The position numbers and the translations under genes were made by a program. The notes under the pieces were generated by a model. The model saw nothing but the letters and a program-made list of their open reading frames with translations. It did no database searches and had not been told where the DNA came from. A stretch of DNA of 64,000 nt from the human T2T-CHM13v2.0 reference genome, Homo sapiens. Positions 39,766 through 52,830 of the stretch are shown one piece after another. The stretch lies in assembly GCF_009914755.1 (NCBI RefSeq), contig NC_060931.1; one strand, given 5' to 3'. The stretch's first letter is position 1; each line of letters opens with the position of its first letter.

Positions 39766-40499
39766 TGAAAGTCATTCTTAACACTTTCCTTTCCTTTCCT
39801 TCCTTACCACCAAATTTCCGTCTTTTCTGTCTCCGAAATCTATTTCAAATCTCCTTCTATTTACCTCCATGGCCACCATTGTAATTCACGCCCTATTTTC
39901 TCTTGCTTGAGCTGAAACAACAGCAAATTTGACGATGTCACTGAATTTGATTATGCTTGAAAATCCTTCAGTGAATTCCTGTTACAGTTGAGATGAAACG
40001 CAAAACCTACAAGGCTCTGAAGAAATTGGCTGCTACCTATTCCTTGGCCAGAGCATGCGTCACTCCTCTTCAATTGTTGAAGTTCCTTAAGCCAGGTGTT
40101 TTTAACCACAGGGCCTTTGCACCAACTCCTTTATTTGTCCACTCTTTCTTACTCTTTACATAGCTATCTCTGACCCTTTTTTATGTGTCAGCTTAAGTAT
40201 CATTTTCTCAGAGATGTCTCTGACCTTTCATTGTTAATCAAGTTTCCTTATTATAGTTTTTCATTGTATCCTGCATTTTTCCTTTATATGGTTCTATTTG
40301 TAATTATATTTATTAGATCATATTTATTAATGTCATAATTTTAAAATTATTAGTTTAATGTCCATCTCCCCCATTAGAGCATAAATTCCATTAGTGGAGA
40401 TATTATACCTATTTTCTTCATCATGTATCCCCAGTACTTAGCAAATACCTGACACACAGTGGATACTTCAGTAGACCTAATTGAATGGCTCAGTAATGG

Positions 40500-41400
40500 T
40501 AGTGAAGGGTGAGGAATGTAGGATACAGAGACATAGTCAAAAGATACTCGGGAGAACTGATGAGTCCCGGAGATTTGCTGGGGATGGAGAAGTACTATAA
40601 AGGAGAAGATGAAATCTGTGATGACTTCTAGCTTGGGAACTTGAGTGTATGATGGTGTTGTTGGCTGAGATAAAAAAAGAGGCTTGTTTGAGTGGAGTCT
40701 CATGAGTTAGATTATGGGCAAAATAAGTCGGAGGTGCCTTTGGGAGTATGGGTTCAAATGTAGTTTGAACTACATTTTGAAGTTTGCACCAAAATGAGTT
40801 TGAGTTTAGGTGTTTAAGTTCTATAGTAATTGGCTCTACTGTGTGGTGCTCAGAGATATGTGTCAGGTAAAACTTAAAATAATGCAGCAAAATTGTGTTG
40901 CATGAAAAGTGAAATCCTTGGATTTGTAGAAGAATGAGTGAAGTGTTTGAAAAGTAACAGAGATCCAAGTAGAAAGAAAGCTTCAAGAAGTAGTAGATGT
41001 AAATATTCATAATACAAGACTTTTTATTGGTTTGTCAGAGAGGAGGGTCACTGGTGACCTCAGTGGAAGCAGTTCAATTGCCAAGACAAAGGCAGAAATC
41101 AGATTGCAGTGGGTTTGAAGAAATGGAAGGTGAGGAAGTGGGACTGAGAAATGGTTATGGGGTTGAAGAAGCAGTGTCATAGTGGCTACAGGGGAATAAA
41201 GCCCTCCATAAAGAGATTTCTTTTTGGTGGGATAAGCATGCTAACATCCAGATGAGAAGGAACCTGAGTAGAGACAGTGTGAAGATTCAGTAGGAAAGAG
41301 GCTAACTGGTGAAATCATTTCATGAGACAAGAGAGGGTGTGATCTAGAGCACCAGGGGAGACATTCACCTTAATTGGGAGAGGAGGCACCCAAATCCTTA
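40500..41400 (-). mobile_element. L2 LINE fragment in opposite orientation
   Basis: gggtcactggtgacctcagtggaagcagttc...ggcagaaatcagattgcagtgggttt...gaaggtgaggaagtgg. Confidence 0.6.
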
Positions 41401-42407
41401 TCAAGAGGCTGGAGCAGATCTCTCAGTGGGTGAACCCCCCAGGATCTGCCCCATGGGGAGGGATGGGACTAGACAGGAGAATTCACTTACAGTGGCAGAG
41501 ATTGGTAAGATCAATGGGAATCTTAGGGGTCCTGGTTATGAGGCAAAGATAGAAACAGGAACACAATTTCTGAGGTGGTGGAGTGAGAGTTATGCACACA
41601 GAATATGGGGTAAAACTGACTTGGGTTCTAGTCCCAGCTCCACCTCTCACTAGCTATGTGGTCTCACATATATGGGTGGGCACATGCTATCAGGATGGAC
41701 TCCTGGGCTGTGAGGGAGACCCTGGATTTGCTTTGTGGCTCACAGATGCATGACTGTGATTGAGTCCCCTAACCTCTCAGAGGCTCAGATTCTTTTTTCT
41801 GGAACAAAGTAAAGATAATAACAAACTATTTTAATAGTAATGCACTTTACATTCTATCAATATAAAGTGGAATGTTTGTTCATTTAATGCTTTTGATGGA
41901 TTTCAAATTCTATTTCTACAAAGTAGAGGTCTGCTTTTCAGCAAGGTGTTCAACAATTTATTGCCACAACAGATGCATGTTATTTTTCCTTCACTGTTTT
42001 CCACTTTTTGTTCTTTTAAGCTTACTTTTAAATGCTTTTGAGCTGCCTTATGCTGTATGGACTACGACTTGTTTTGATTTGCTTTATCTTTTTCAATCAC
42101 TGTTTTCATCCCATTGGAGTTTTCCAGTTCCTCCTGATCCTGGTTAGGTGAGAAGGTTTAACCTCACTCCAGTCTCTGTGCTCTAGTATAGACTGTGCCT
42201 CCAGCTTCAATGATTATGCTACCATTATTCTTTTATGAATTGCTTCTAACTTTGCATTTTCCTGTAAGTATTTATACGATTATTTACATTTACGCAACTT
42301 AACTAGTTTTAGTGCTTGCTACAGTTCGTTTTATACCAGTACTTCTCTATTTGAGGATTTTGAATTTTGATTCCTCTCTTAATGTATCTCCTCAAATAAT
42401 TGTTTGG

Positions 42408-42889
42408 TGTGATAGGTGGAACAGTGGCCCCCACAAAGATATCCACATGCTTATCCTCAAAACCTGCGTGTAGGCTACTTTACAAGGCAAAAGATAATTT
42501 GCAGATGTGATTAAGGCTAAAGGCCTTCAGATGCAAAGAGTATCTTTGATTATACAGGTGGGCCCAACCTACTACACGAGTCCTTTCAAGAGAGGAAACG
42601 TTCCTGGCTGCAGCTAGAGAGAGATGGCAGCGTGAGGAGGCTCTGACTTGCTGCAGCTGCCCTGAAGATACGGGAAGGGTGTCACCGGCTATGGGGTGCT
42701 GGAGGCCTCTGGAAGTGGATTCTCTTCTAACAACTACAGAAAAGAATGCTGTTGTGCTGACATTTTGATTTTAGCCCAGTGACATCTGTGCTGGATTTCT
42801 GACCTACAGTACTATAAGGTCAGTTTATATTGTTTTAAGCCACTAAGTTTGTAAGGAATGTATTATGGTAGCAGTAGCAAATCCATATA
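42408..42889 (+). mobile_element. MLT1D-like MaLR LTR
   Basis: tgtgatagg...ggcccccacaaagatatccac...ttgcagatgtgattaag...ttttaagccactaagtttg. Confidence 0.8.
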
Positions 42890-42944
42890 GCTGGCATCTT
42901 TCCTAAGCACTTCCATGTGAATTCTAGTTTCAAATGAAACTAGA

Positions 42945-43180
42945 TCTCAACTGCTTACTGCAGCCTTGACTTACTGGGCTCAGATGATTCTTGCACCTCA
43001 GCCTCTCAAGTAGCCAGTGGGATTACAGGCATGTACTGCCACACCCGGTTAACTTTTTGTATTTTTAGATGGGGTTTCACCATGTTGCCCACACTGGTCT
43101 CAAATTCCTGGGCTCAAGTGATCCCCTGCCTTGGCCTCCTAAAGTGTTGGGATTACAGCGTGAGCCACCACACCCAGCCA
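42945..43180 (-). mobile_element. Partial AluJ-like element
   Basis: gcttactgcagccttgac...gggctcaagtgatcc...gagccaccacacccagcc; tail end missing. Confidence 0.8.
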
Positions 43181-43402
43181 AGACTTTTCTATTGTCCTCT
43201 GATATTTAGTGATGGAAGGAGAAGCCTGGATCTGCTCAATTTTTATTGGTAAGTCACCTTTCATTTTCCTCCCAGAAAAATTGCACTTTAAAATCCTTTC
43301 TAGTGCTTTATAAATTACCAGAATATGCCTAAGTGTTAATTTGTTTTCATCAATTCTTCCTGGACTATAGCAAGAGCATTTGCTTTGGGATTTCTCTGAA
43401 GT

Positions 43403-43540
43403 CTTTCTACTCAAGATGTGGTTTGAGACCTGCAGCATCAGCCTCACCTGGGAGTTTGTTAGGAATCTCAGACCTAAGATTTATACTGAATCAGATTTGC
43501 ATCTTGACAGGGTCCCCAGGTGACTAATGCACATTCCAGA
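43403..43540. mobile_element. MER5-like hAT-Charlie remnant
   Basis: ctactcaagatgtgg...gcagcatcagcctcacctgggagtttgttag...tactgaatcaga...tccccaggtga. Confidence 0.7.
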
Positions 43541-43705
43541 AGTCCTGATAAAGGTTATTCTATTTGTAGATTTGATCTTGACTCTTTTATTAGAGTCCTG
43601 AATTTTTTTGTCCTTTGACTCCCTACGATCAATATTTATCAAAAGAGAGACATGCTTCTTCCTCTCCTCCAAGAGGTCATAGTCAAAGCTCTTGGTTCAC
43701 ACTTC

Positions 43706-44076
43706 TGTTAAGTTTAGCCTAAAGCTGCCTCCTTACCTATTTTAAGTTCAGCCTAAGAGTTTCTCTGTACATGGTGAACTACTAATCTAACTGGATGTGT
43801 AAACAGACCATAACCTGCTCTTGTGCCAGAGTTTCGGCCAAAGGCAGCCAACTGTTCGAATCGTGTTCAAATCAGGGAAATGTCAAGCTGTAACCAATCT
43901 GAGCTGTACCTCAATTCCATTTTTGTAGGTTACTTTGCTTCTGTCCATAAATCTTTGTCGATCATGCGACAGTGTTGGGGTGTCTATGAACCTATTCTGG
44001 TTTGAGGGCTGCCTGATTCACGAATCATTCTTTGCTCAAACTCTGTCAAATTTAATCTAAGGTTTTCCTTCTAACA
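43706..44076 (+). mobile_element. MER57-like ERV1 solo LTR with intact ends
   Basis: TGTTA...TAACA termini; 4-bp TSD cttc on both sides; gtttagcctaaagctgcctcc and gctgtaaccaatc motifs. Confidence 0.82.
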
Positions 44077-45273
44077 CTTCTTTCCCTTCCTCTGATAACT
44101 CAGGCATACTACTCCCCCAACCTCCCCAGCCTAGGTTTGGTCTCCTATTTGAAACACCCAATCCAAACCAGAATTACCTGGGAGAGTGATGTGCATGTGA
44201 TTGCTGTTGAGTTGGAATAAAACGTGAGACCTACTGCTCCATAATTGGAGACCTCCTCATGTTGACCTCTACATCATTAACTTCTTGCAGCATCAGGTCT
44301 GGTTCTCACTGATGTTAATGAATGTTTTCACCTGCTGAGGTAATCCGAAGCCCACTGATTTGTCTATTTCAGACTTCTTTATCAAGCATTACTTTGTGTG
44401 GTCTTTGCATTTTGAGCGGCCGTGCCCATTTCTCCTTTTTAAATATTACATCTTCTAGCATCTGAGGATCCCAAGTATGTTTTCTGAGTTTCTTGTTTTC
44501 TGTAGTAAATCTTTTTCAGTGTCATGCTCTTCTAATCTTCAAGGCTAAACATTCCTTTTTAAAATACTTACCTATTTTGTTATAGATGCCATCCTCCATT
44601 TAAAAATCAATTATTGCTAGAATCTGTGAATCCCTGATACTATCTTTTTGATGTCTTGGCACTTTACTGGGATGTTGGGAGATATGAGATATGAGATATC
44701 AATATGAGACTTTGGCCTGATGTCATTTTAAGATTTCTTAGCATAATCTATTAATGTTAAGAGCAATTTATTTCTATCTCTACTTTGGTCTACAAATCTA
44801 GATCTTTTACTTTTTAAAAGTAAGATCTGGAATATAGGTAGAACTGATGTTTATTTCTTGTTTTGACTAACCAGCTAAGACTTGAAATCAATCTTCCCTT
44901 AAGACTATGGCTTCCCTGATTAACAATAGTTGTTACTACTTGTGGAGATAAAGCACAAAAATCATCAGAGGATTACCCCTGCAATGTATTTTCTCATAAC
45001 TACAATAGCAAGAAATAGGGATTAAGAACAAACTTGTTTGCTTTACAGTGGGGATTCTTGGTGCAACTGACTTCTCTTTCTCCCTGTTTATTTTTCGTAT
45101 CCCCAGGTTCTCCTGTAGAACTTCCCAGGCAGAAGAAAAGATAATTCTAATGGTTCTGCTGTGGAGCAGAGAGTCACAGCTTGCATCACAGTCCACGGAT
45201 CACCAAGAGGAACCTTACTGACTACTGGTGAGTCAATGTTTTACATCACATGAAGACAAAAGAGGATCACGGA

Positions 45274-45682
45274 TGTCATTTTAGTTTGGGTTCTCACAAA
45301 AGCAGACCCTGAGAGGAGGACTTGGGTGACTCTACGAAGCATAAAGCGAAGAATGGGGAAAGTGATTCAGGGAAGGGAAACGTTAATGAATAGATTATTG
45401 TGTTGAGCAGCTGGGGCTTAGTCTCATCGTGGATCTTCTGAAAAACCACGAGAACATGGGGGGATAAGGATTGTTCTCCTATGGTGTTAACTCTCCTGCA
45501 TTCTCGGTTGTGCCTGCTTTAAGGCTGAGGAAGTATCTGTGGTGCCACAGAAAGTTCTTCATTACAGAATAAGAGGCTGGTGCTTGAGGTAGAACTATCA
45601 GTTTGCTAGAAGCATCCCAGCCATCTGTGGACTTGGGTCAGCTGAGAGGATATGAGTAAGACATCAACACCACCTGTTGTAG
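45274..45682 (-). mobile_element. Old ERVL LTR (LTR33/LTR16-like)
   Basis: ttagtttgggttctcacaaaagcagaccctgaga...gggaaagtgattcagggaaggg...agctggggcttagtc. Confidence 0.55.
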
Positions 45683-46479
45683 ATGCTGTTGATGAAAACA
45701 GGCAAACCATACCTGTGGTAGGAGGAAAATGTAACTATGCACTTAGAGTGATGATTTTTTGGGAAGAAGGGATTTACATAGCATTAAAATGGAGATGGAA
45801 AACGAGTCCATTCTTTTGCCAACTCTGATCAACTGCTGCCTGGAGTGCTGTGGTGGGGATTCTCAACGGCCTCAGCAGGAAATCATCTTTATTGATTAGC
45901 AACCCCAGCCATGGGAATGGAGGAAAAGGGGGTAGCAAGTGGGCACTGTTTTGCCACTCTGTTTTAAAGTGGAGGCTAATTTTTAGTAATGAGTTGAGTG
46001 AACATATCTCTAATGAAATAAAATCTTCCACAGATTTGGCCTTTTAAAAATGCACAGATGTAAAGTGCCTTTGGTTAATGGGAGAATTCTCCAATTGTTG
46101 CAAGACTGGGGTAGACTTATGAGGCATAGCAGTTAAATAAGCATTAGCTTTGTTATTTTGGCACAATTTTTCTGGTAAACATGCTAATCTCTTTCCCACT
46201 GATACATAAAAAATGAAATAGTCATAGTATGAACTGAAAGTATGAAGAGATCAAGGTGGAGAAAATGTAAGAGTGTCAATACCTAGTCCTAGCATCAATG
46301 CTGAGACAGGCGTAATCTGCCATCATGTTTTAAGGAAATATCACCATTCACCCTGGGACATATTTAAACTGTTATCTGAGTCCAACAATAACAACCTGTG
46401 CCATAGCAATTCAAGTTGATTTCAGGTCCTGTGGTTATTTTCTAAATAGTCCTCAATTCTCATGTCCCATGCTGCATCT

Positions 46480-46950
46480 GAGTAATTCACTGTCAGGTCC
46501 TGCCTGGCCTACTGCAGCCAACCTACCTGCCTCCTGCTCGTACCTTCATCCATCTGCTCTTCACAGTGTAGTCACAACAGTCTTTTCAAAGAATAAATCT
46601 GATCATGTCACTCATCTACTTGAAACCTTGTAATTGGCTTCCCCATGCTTGTAAGAACAAAGTGAAAATCCTTTGTAGGACCCTAGTCTGTTCCCCATCC
46701 GTTTTTCTAGCCTCACCTCGCTCTGGTGCTCAGCTCCTATGTGCTTTGCTTTCTCTCCTCCGGCCACAGGGACCTTCTTTCAGACTCTTCAGTCTCCCTC
46801 TTACCACAAGGTCATTGAGCCTGCTTCTCTGCCCTGCTGACCCAGCTAACTCCTGTTTCTCCTTTAGATCTTGGTTTGCTCCAGGGTCACTTCAGAGGTA
46901 ACTTCCCAGACTTGTCTAAACCAAACCCGATAGAGGCTCTCATAGCTGCA
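46480..46950 (+). mobile_element. L2 LINE fragment
   Basis: aaatctgatcatgtcactcatctacttgaaacctt...tggcttcccca; terminus resumes near 47500-47625. Confidence 0.7.
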
Positions 46951-47025
46951 TAAACCTCAATGCTACTTCCCATTTCCATGGTTGAGACCACTAATTCGTA
47001 AAGGTATTTCCCCTCTTTGGGTCTA

Positions 47026-47425
47026 AATAATAGAAGTTTGCTATATTACACTTCTTGGGGCTAGAAGTCTGAGATCAAGGTGTTGGTAGGGTTGGTTCCT
47101 GCTAAGGGTTGCTGGGGAAAGATCTGTTCAGTCCTCACTCCTGGCCTCTGGAGTTGGCTGGAAATCTTTGCCATTCCTTGGCTTTTCAGATCTCTGCCTT
47201 CATCTTCACAGACATGCACACAGGGGATGGCATCTCCAATGTTCTCCTTTTTAATAAGGACACAAGTTCTATTGGACTAGTGGCTCACCCTACTCCAGTA
47301 TGACTTTGTTTTAATTAACGACCTCTGGAATGGCCCTATGTCAAATAAGTTCACATTCTGAGGTACTGGGGGTAAGAACTTCAATATATAAATTTGAGGG
47401 TGGGAACACAATTCAACCTTTAACA
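47026..47425 (-). mobile_element. MLT1B-like MaLR LTR
   Basis: ggctagaagtctgagatcaaggtgttggtagggttggttcct...ataaggacac...tcacattctgaggtactgggg...acacaattcaacc. Confidence 0.8.
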
Positions 47426-49339
47426 ACCCCTTACATTAACCTCCCTGGGCCAAAGTTTTCGCATCTGTTACAATTGGAATTCAGGTGCATGTTTCTGGGA
47501 TAACTTTTCTCTCCCCTATGGGTTTAATTTCCTGAGGGCAGGGATCTTACGTGTATGTATTCATTCTCCAGTTCCTAGCACAGTACCTAGTGTAGGGTAG
47601 GTGCTCAATAAATACTTGTTGCGTGAAAGGAAACATCAAAATGTATTTTTACCAATACTCAATTTTTATTTCTCTGTGGTGTATCTCTCATGTAGCAGTT
47701 TGTCATTGAAATGGCAATTTTGGATATATTGTCACATTCTTTATGAAATCTGTGTGAAGGAGGCAGGAAAGGGATGACTACACATATCTTACAGAAGGAA
47801 GTAGAGTTCTGATGGCATCCCAGGCATGCAACAGGGAGATGGCAGAACTGAGACTTGGCCCACACCCTCTCTGACTCCAGGTCTAGAGTTCTTTTCCCAC
47901 ACCAATTTGCCATAGCAAGATGGCAGGGCATTATGCAATTAGCAGACTAGTTACTTGCCATGATCTTGTCCTAAAATCTTTCAGGTCAGCACAAAGACCT
48001 GTAATAATTATTTGGATGTTGCTTGTTGGTTTTATATTCAATGGAACAGAAGAGGCCAGCAATAGTGACCACTTGGTAGCCTGGGGGCTGTAGTGGCAGA
48101 GAATGAGGTTCTTGGCACATCATAATCTCCTGTGTATTTACTTAGATGCATGACTATAAGGGGCATCATTTCAAGCTGCCGTTTTACTTAGGAAAAAAAG
48201 TTGGAGACCCTCTGATGTCCCACATGGGCAGAACTAGGGTTGGAAAGAGAATAGACACAGATATATGGCACTGAGGGAGCCAGATATGGTTAGGCCAAGA
48301 GCCTTCTACAACTCTGAAGTTTTCAAGAATATTTTATTGCTCTATTGCATAGATGAGAGACTGAAGGAAGTTCTCCTGGGCTGCCAGCAATGTGCCTTGG
48401 TTGAGTCATGATGTATGTATTACAAGTCTGTGGCATGTTGGAACCATAGGGGACCTTCCAGCCAATGGATTCTGCCTTTGCAGATGTACATACGAGGGCT
48501 TCCCACTGAATCATCATGGAGCTGATGACAATCACTAGAAGTGATGTAAATCTTTCAGAGAAGGGGAAAATCAGCACTTAAACTCACTAGTAGTTGACTT
48601 CTAAACTAAATAACACCATGTTTTATTTTGGTTTTAATCTTAGAAAAACAGTGAAGGCAGGGGCCATGCTTGTTAATAATTGTATTGTTAACAAGCATAT
48701 TGTTAACAATTAACTTTTAGTGATACCACAATATTTTTCAGCTGAATTGAATTCAATTAAGTTGACAGCTTATTTTTGAACAATTTCCCATCTTCAAGTC
48801 ACTTAACAAAGAAGCCTGCAAACAATGTTGGCTTTCAGGTTTCTAAAGAGAAACAGGGTTTGAAAAAGTATGAGCCACCTCTGTCACCTGCATATGACAA
48901 AGGAAGTGTGTTTGTGTCACCTGGACCCACCTAGGGACTCTGTGGGTCTGTTTTGCTTTCTGAAGCTGCATTAGTAGCGTGGGGCTCATTCTCAGCTTGG
49001 ATTCTTCACACAGCGTCAGTGGGGACTAATCTAGGTTTTTTCCTAATGGAATTAACAAGTCGAGAACCACACTTTACAGCCCAACAGCGCCTCTTCACAG
49101 CTGGCACCTGCTCATACCGAACCTGGTGCTTCATCATAGCCGACATTTTGTGCCTCTTCTGTCCTCGTCTACCTCCCACGTGAAGGGGAACTGGAACATT
49201 ATCTTCTTTGCTATGGATGAAGGTCAAATTGTGTCTCTAATGGCTGCTCTGGCTGACTGGGCTGCTCTGATTAATGATGACTAATGTTTTACAGAGGATC
49301 GTGGAGAACGTGCCTCGTCTACCTTCCTAATGAGATAAG

Positions 49340-50730
49340 GGTTCACTCCTGAGTCCTTATTTTCTCACTTTATACACGTTCCCTTGGGGTCTCCCTCTCT
49401 CTCATGGTTTTAGCTTCTGTCTGCAGGAGAGGAATTGGTAGTGCTGTGTTTCTAAGCCTGACCTCTGCTACTTACACTAAGTGCCCCTCACTTCTCTCTC
49501 AACGATTCCCTCACTCATTCATTTACTTATTCATCATTAAATGCATATTGATTGAATGGCTACTGCAGGCCCAGCACTGTCTATCTGGACAGCTTACCAA
49601 GACAAAGGTATGACTTCATTTTGCTGAATCTGCTACACCTGCTTCCTCCATCTGCACCCACTTTTCTCTTCTCACTGAGGCATTCTCCTGGGTTGAGTTC
49701 ATTTTATCCTCAGGGCCTCTCGTACTACTGAAAACATCTAATCTCCTTCTAAATCAGCCTTGTCCTTCCCCCCCACCGATGTCAAGACCAACTGTTCAGC
49801 TGTATTTACACTGACTATTCTACAGGGCCCACAGACTCACATCCAATAATGAATGTAATCTCTTCCCCCACAACTTGCCCTTCTCCAACAGTCATGGTGC
49901 TATAGCAAACCATTCTCCAATCCAGAAACCTGGGGCTCATTGCAAATTTGTCCATTCCATCCTCCCTTTCACATTCTGTCATTCCTTGATGTCGCTGGTA
50001 TTGACCTCTTCTCTCGACTCTTGCTTCCTACTATTTGATTCAGAGCCCCAGTACCTCAGAACTTCTTGCCTATAGTACTGTAAATGACTTCTAACTATTC
50101 CTTCCTTTCCTCTATTCCTGTCCTGCCCAATCCATTCTTTCCATTGCTGCTAGAGGAATCTTTGTAAGGCACAAATTTGAGCATAGTACTTCTCTTTTCT
50201 TCTATAGTGGTGTCCTATTTGCTGCAGAATGGAGTCCAAACTCCTTATTATACAACCTACTCCATGACCTGGCCCTGCCTGCAGCTCCAGCCCCACTGCT
50301 TACAAAGTTCCACCTCAGAGCCCTCTGTCTGTCTGCCCCACTCCATTTGCAGCTCTCAGAACACCTGGGCTGTGTGACAACTCTATCTTTGCCCTGCTGG
50401 GCCCATTTCTACCTAGAACTCCTACCCCATCCTGATTGCCTGGCACGAAGTTACCTCTTTATAATTCTTATCTCATGCACCACCTCTGAAATGCTGTCAC
50501 CACTCTTTCTCTTCCTGGTAGAACTGACCAATCTTGCCGTGTCCCCCCACCCATGGTACCCTGGCTGCACTCTCATCACAGCACCTGGAACACACCAGGA
50601 CACTTCATTGTTATGTGCCTTGGGCTAAGTAGATTATAAGCTTCTTGAGGGCAGGGGCAACATCCTGTTTGTCTTTGCATCCCCAGTGCCTACCAAAGTG
50701 ACATGTATGTAAAGAATGCTTGCTAAGTAA
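49340..50730 (+). mobile_element. L2 LINE fragments
   Basis: L2 motifs ending tagattataagcttcttgagggcagggg...gcatccccagtgcct; approximate and probably composite. Confidence 0.65.
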
Positions 50731-51915
50731 ATAACAGGGCTATTTATCCTGAAAGGGAATTCTGTAGTTTGATACTTTGGTTTTTTAAAAATTATTTTTG
50801 TTAGTTTGATCAGTATATTCTATTTCCCTTTAACGGAAGATAAAACCAGCTTATATTTTAGCATAAGACACACATTAAGTAACTTGACCATGAGAAAAAT
50901 AATAGAGTGGACTGGAGCAAACATTTGCCCAAACGCATCCATTTTTACAGAGGTGGAAGCGGAGCAATTTAATGATGTACCATGAAATCACGTCAATAAT
51001 TAATGGCAGAATTGGGACAATATTCCTGTTCAGTACCTTATTGTCCTGCTGTGTTAGGAAAACAAACTTTATTGAGCTTTGACTGTGTGCCAGGCACTGC
51101 TTTGGTCATTTGTAGACATTTTATGCCATAATCTCAGCAGATAGGTGCAGCTGCCGGGTTTACAACCCATATGTTGTGTTTACCCCTCTCACCTCTCTAA
51201 GGCTACCGTACCTGTACTGAGCACACACGTTTCTTCCTTGGCTCACTATGCCATGTTGCCAGGTCACTTTTCTGATCTTTAGCATGTCATGAATTTCCTC
51301 CTGAGCCTTCCTGGATTCTTGAGCTTGACTATGCTAACTCCCCTCTAAAGTCTCCTCTTTCCCATCTATGGCTTTGTCAGATTTAAATTCCCAGGACAGG
51401 TTCAACAGTCTATTTTTCCTTTGCTAGTGTATTCTGGCCTCTCTTGTGGCTTTCTCATCAGGATGACTGCTCCCCACATGGCAGACCCTTAGTTCTCTTC
51501 CGCCTGTTGTCCAACTTTTCCATTTACTCATGAAGCAGCATTGTGCCCCAGACACCTCTTTCTCACTATGTGAAAACCATCAAAGGGTTTATTGTCTCAA
51601 ATTAACTTAGGTTGTGAGATCTCAGAACTGTTTAGAGAACTAGACTAACTTTATTGTTTAGAATGAAAAGATAATTATTTAGCATGATGCTGTGGGAAGC
51701 TGAGAGTGGCCAAAACTATGACCAAAAGGTGAAGAACAGAGTAAAAGTACAGACAGAGTAAAAGAGGACATTAAAGCAATGGCCAATTTGATATTTACAA
51801 AGATTTGGGGAAATCCATATCGCTCATATTATTTACATATTCACATATTCAGAAAATGTGGACAATAGAATATTATTAATGACAGTTAGATAAAAACTTA
51901 ATTTAAAAATACCAA

Positions 51916-52262
51916 GGCCAGGTGCAGTGGCTCACACCTATAATCCCAGCATTTTGAGAGGCTGAGGTGAAAGGATCGTTTAAAGCCAAGAGTTCAGGAC
52001 CAGCCTAGGCAACTAGGCAACACAAGGAGACCTTGTCTCTATATTGCCTAGGCTGGTCTTGAACTCTTGGCCTTAAACGATCCTTTTGTTTAAAAAATAA
52101 GAACATTAGCTGGGCATTGTGGTGTGTGCTTATAGTCCTAGCTATTTAGGAGGCTAAGGTGGGAGGATCGCTTGAGCCCAGGAGTTTCAGGCTGTAGTGA
52201 GCTATGATTGCATGACTGTACTTCAGCCTGGGCGACAGAGCAAGATCTTGTCTCTTAAAAAA
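51916..52262 (+). mobile_element. AluJ-like element with an internal 43-bp inverted duplication
   Basis: Dimer with extra segment 52044-52086, the reverse complement of 51970-52012. Confidence 0.88.
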
Positions 52263-52589
52263 TCAAATATGCAAAACATAGCTCTTTGAAAAGCGCTGGA
52301 CATTCAGGAGAGATGAGAGGTTTATGCTGGGTTTAATATGTTGGGAATGCACATCATTCTGTGTCTTCTTACACAAGAATGTGCCTGAAATATGCCCCAT
52401 TCCTCGAGGGTTTCAGTTTAGTAAACCACGTGTTTTATGGGATAGCAAAAAATTGATGTTGATTTTTCTCTTCAGCAGCTGTTTCAACTCCTGTACACAA
52501 TCTATCAGTAAGTTCTCTAGCTTGCCAGCTTCATGAGCTCTATGGAGAAAAATAACACAGAACAAGGAAAAATGAAAAACTGCAAACAA

Positions 52590-52830
52590 TAAGTCACATT
52601 TCCTGGGTCCTTATTCTGGCAGGCACTTCACATCATGCCATTTAATCCTCACAACAACCACGTGAAGTAGGTTCTCTTAGCATCCCATTTTACAAATGAA
52701 GTAACTGCAGATTTAGAGATGAAAAGTAACTTACCCCCAGTCACACAGTCACTAGGTGGCAGAGCTAGGATTTTAAAACTACTTTTGAACCTAAGGTTCT
52801 TAATCATTGTTTGTTTTACTGCCCCCAAAC
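52590..52830 (-). mobile_element. MIR SINE
   Basis: catttaatcctcacaacaacc...catcccattttacaaatgaagtaactg...gtcacacagtcactaggtggcagagctaggattt. Confidence 0.8.
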
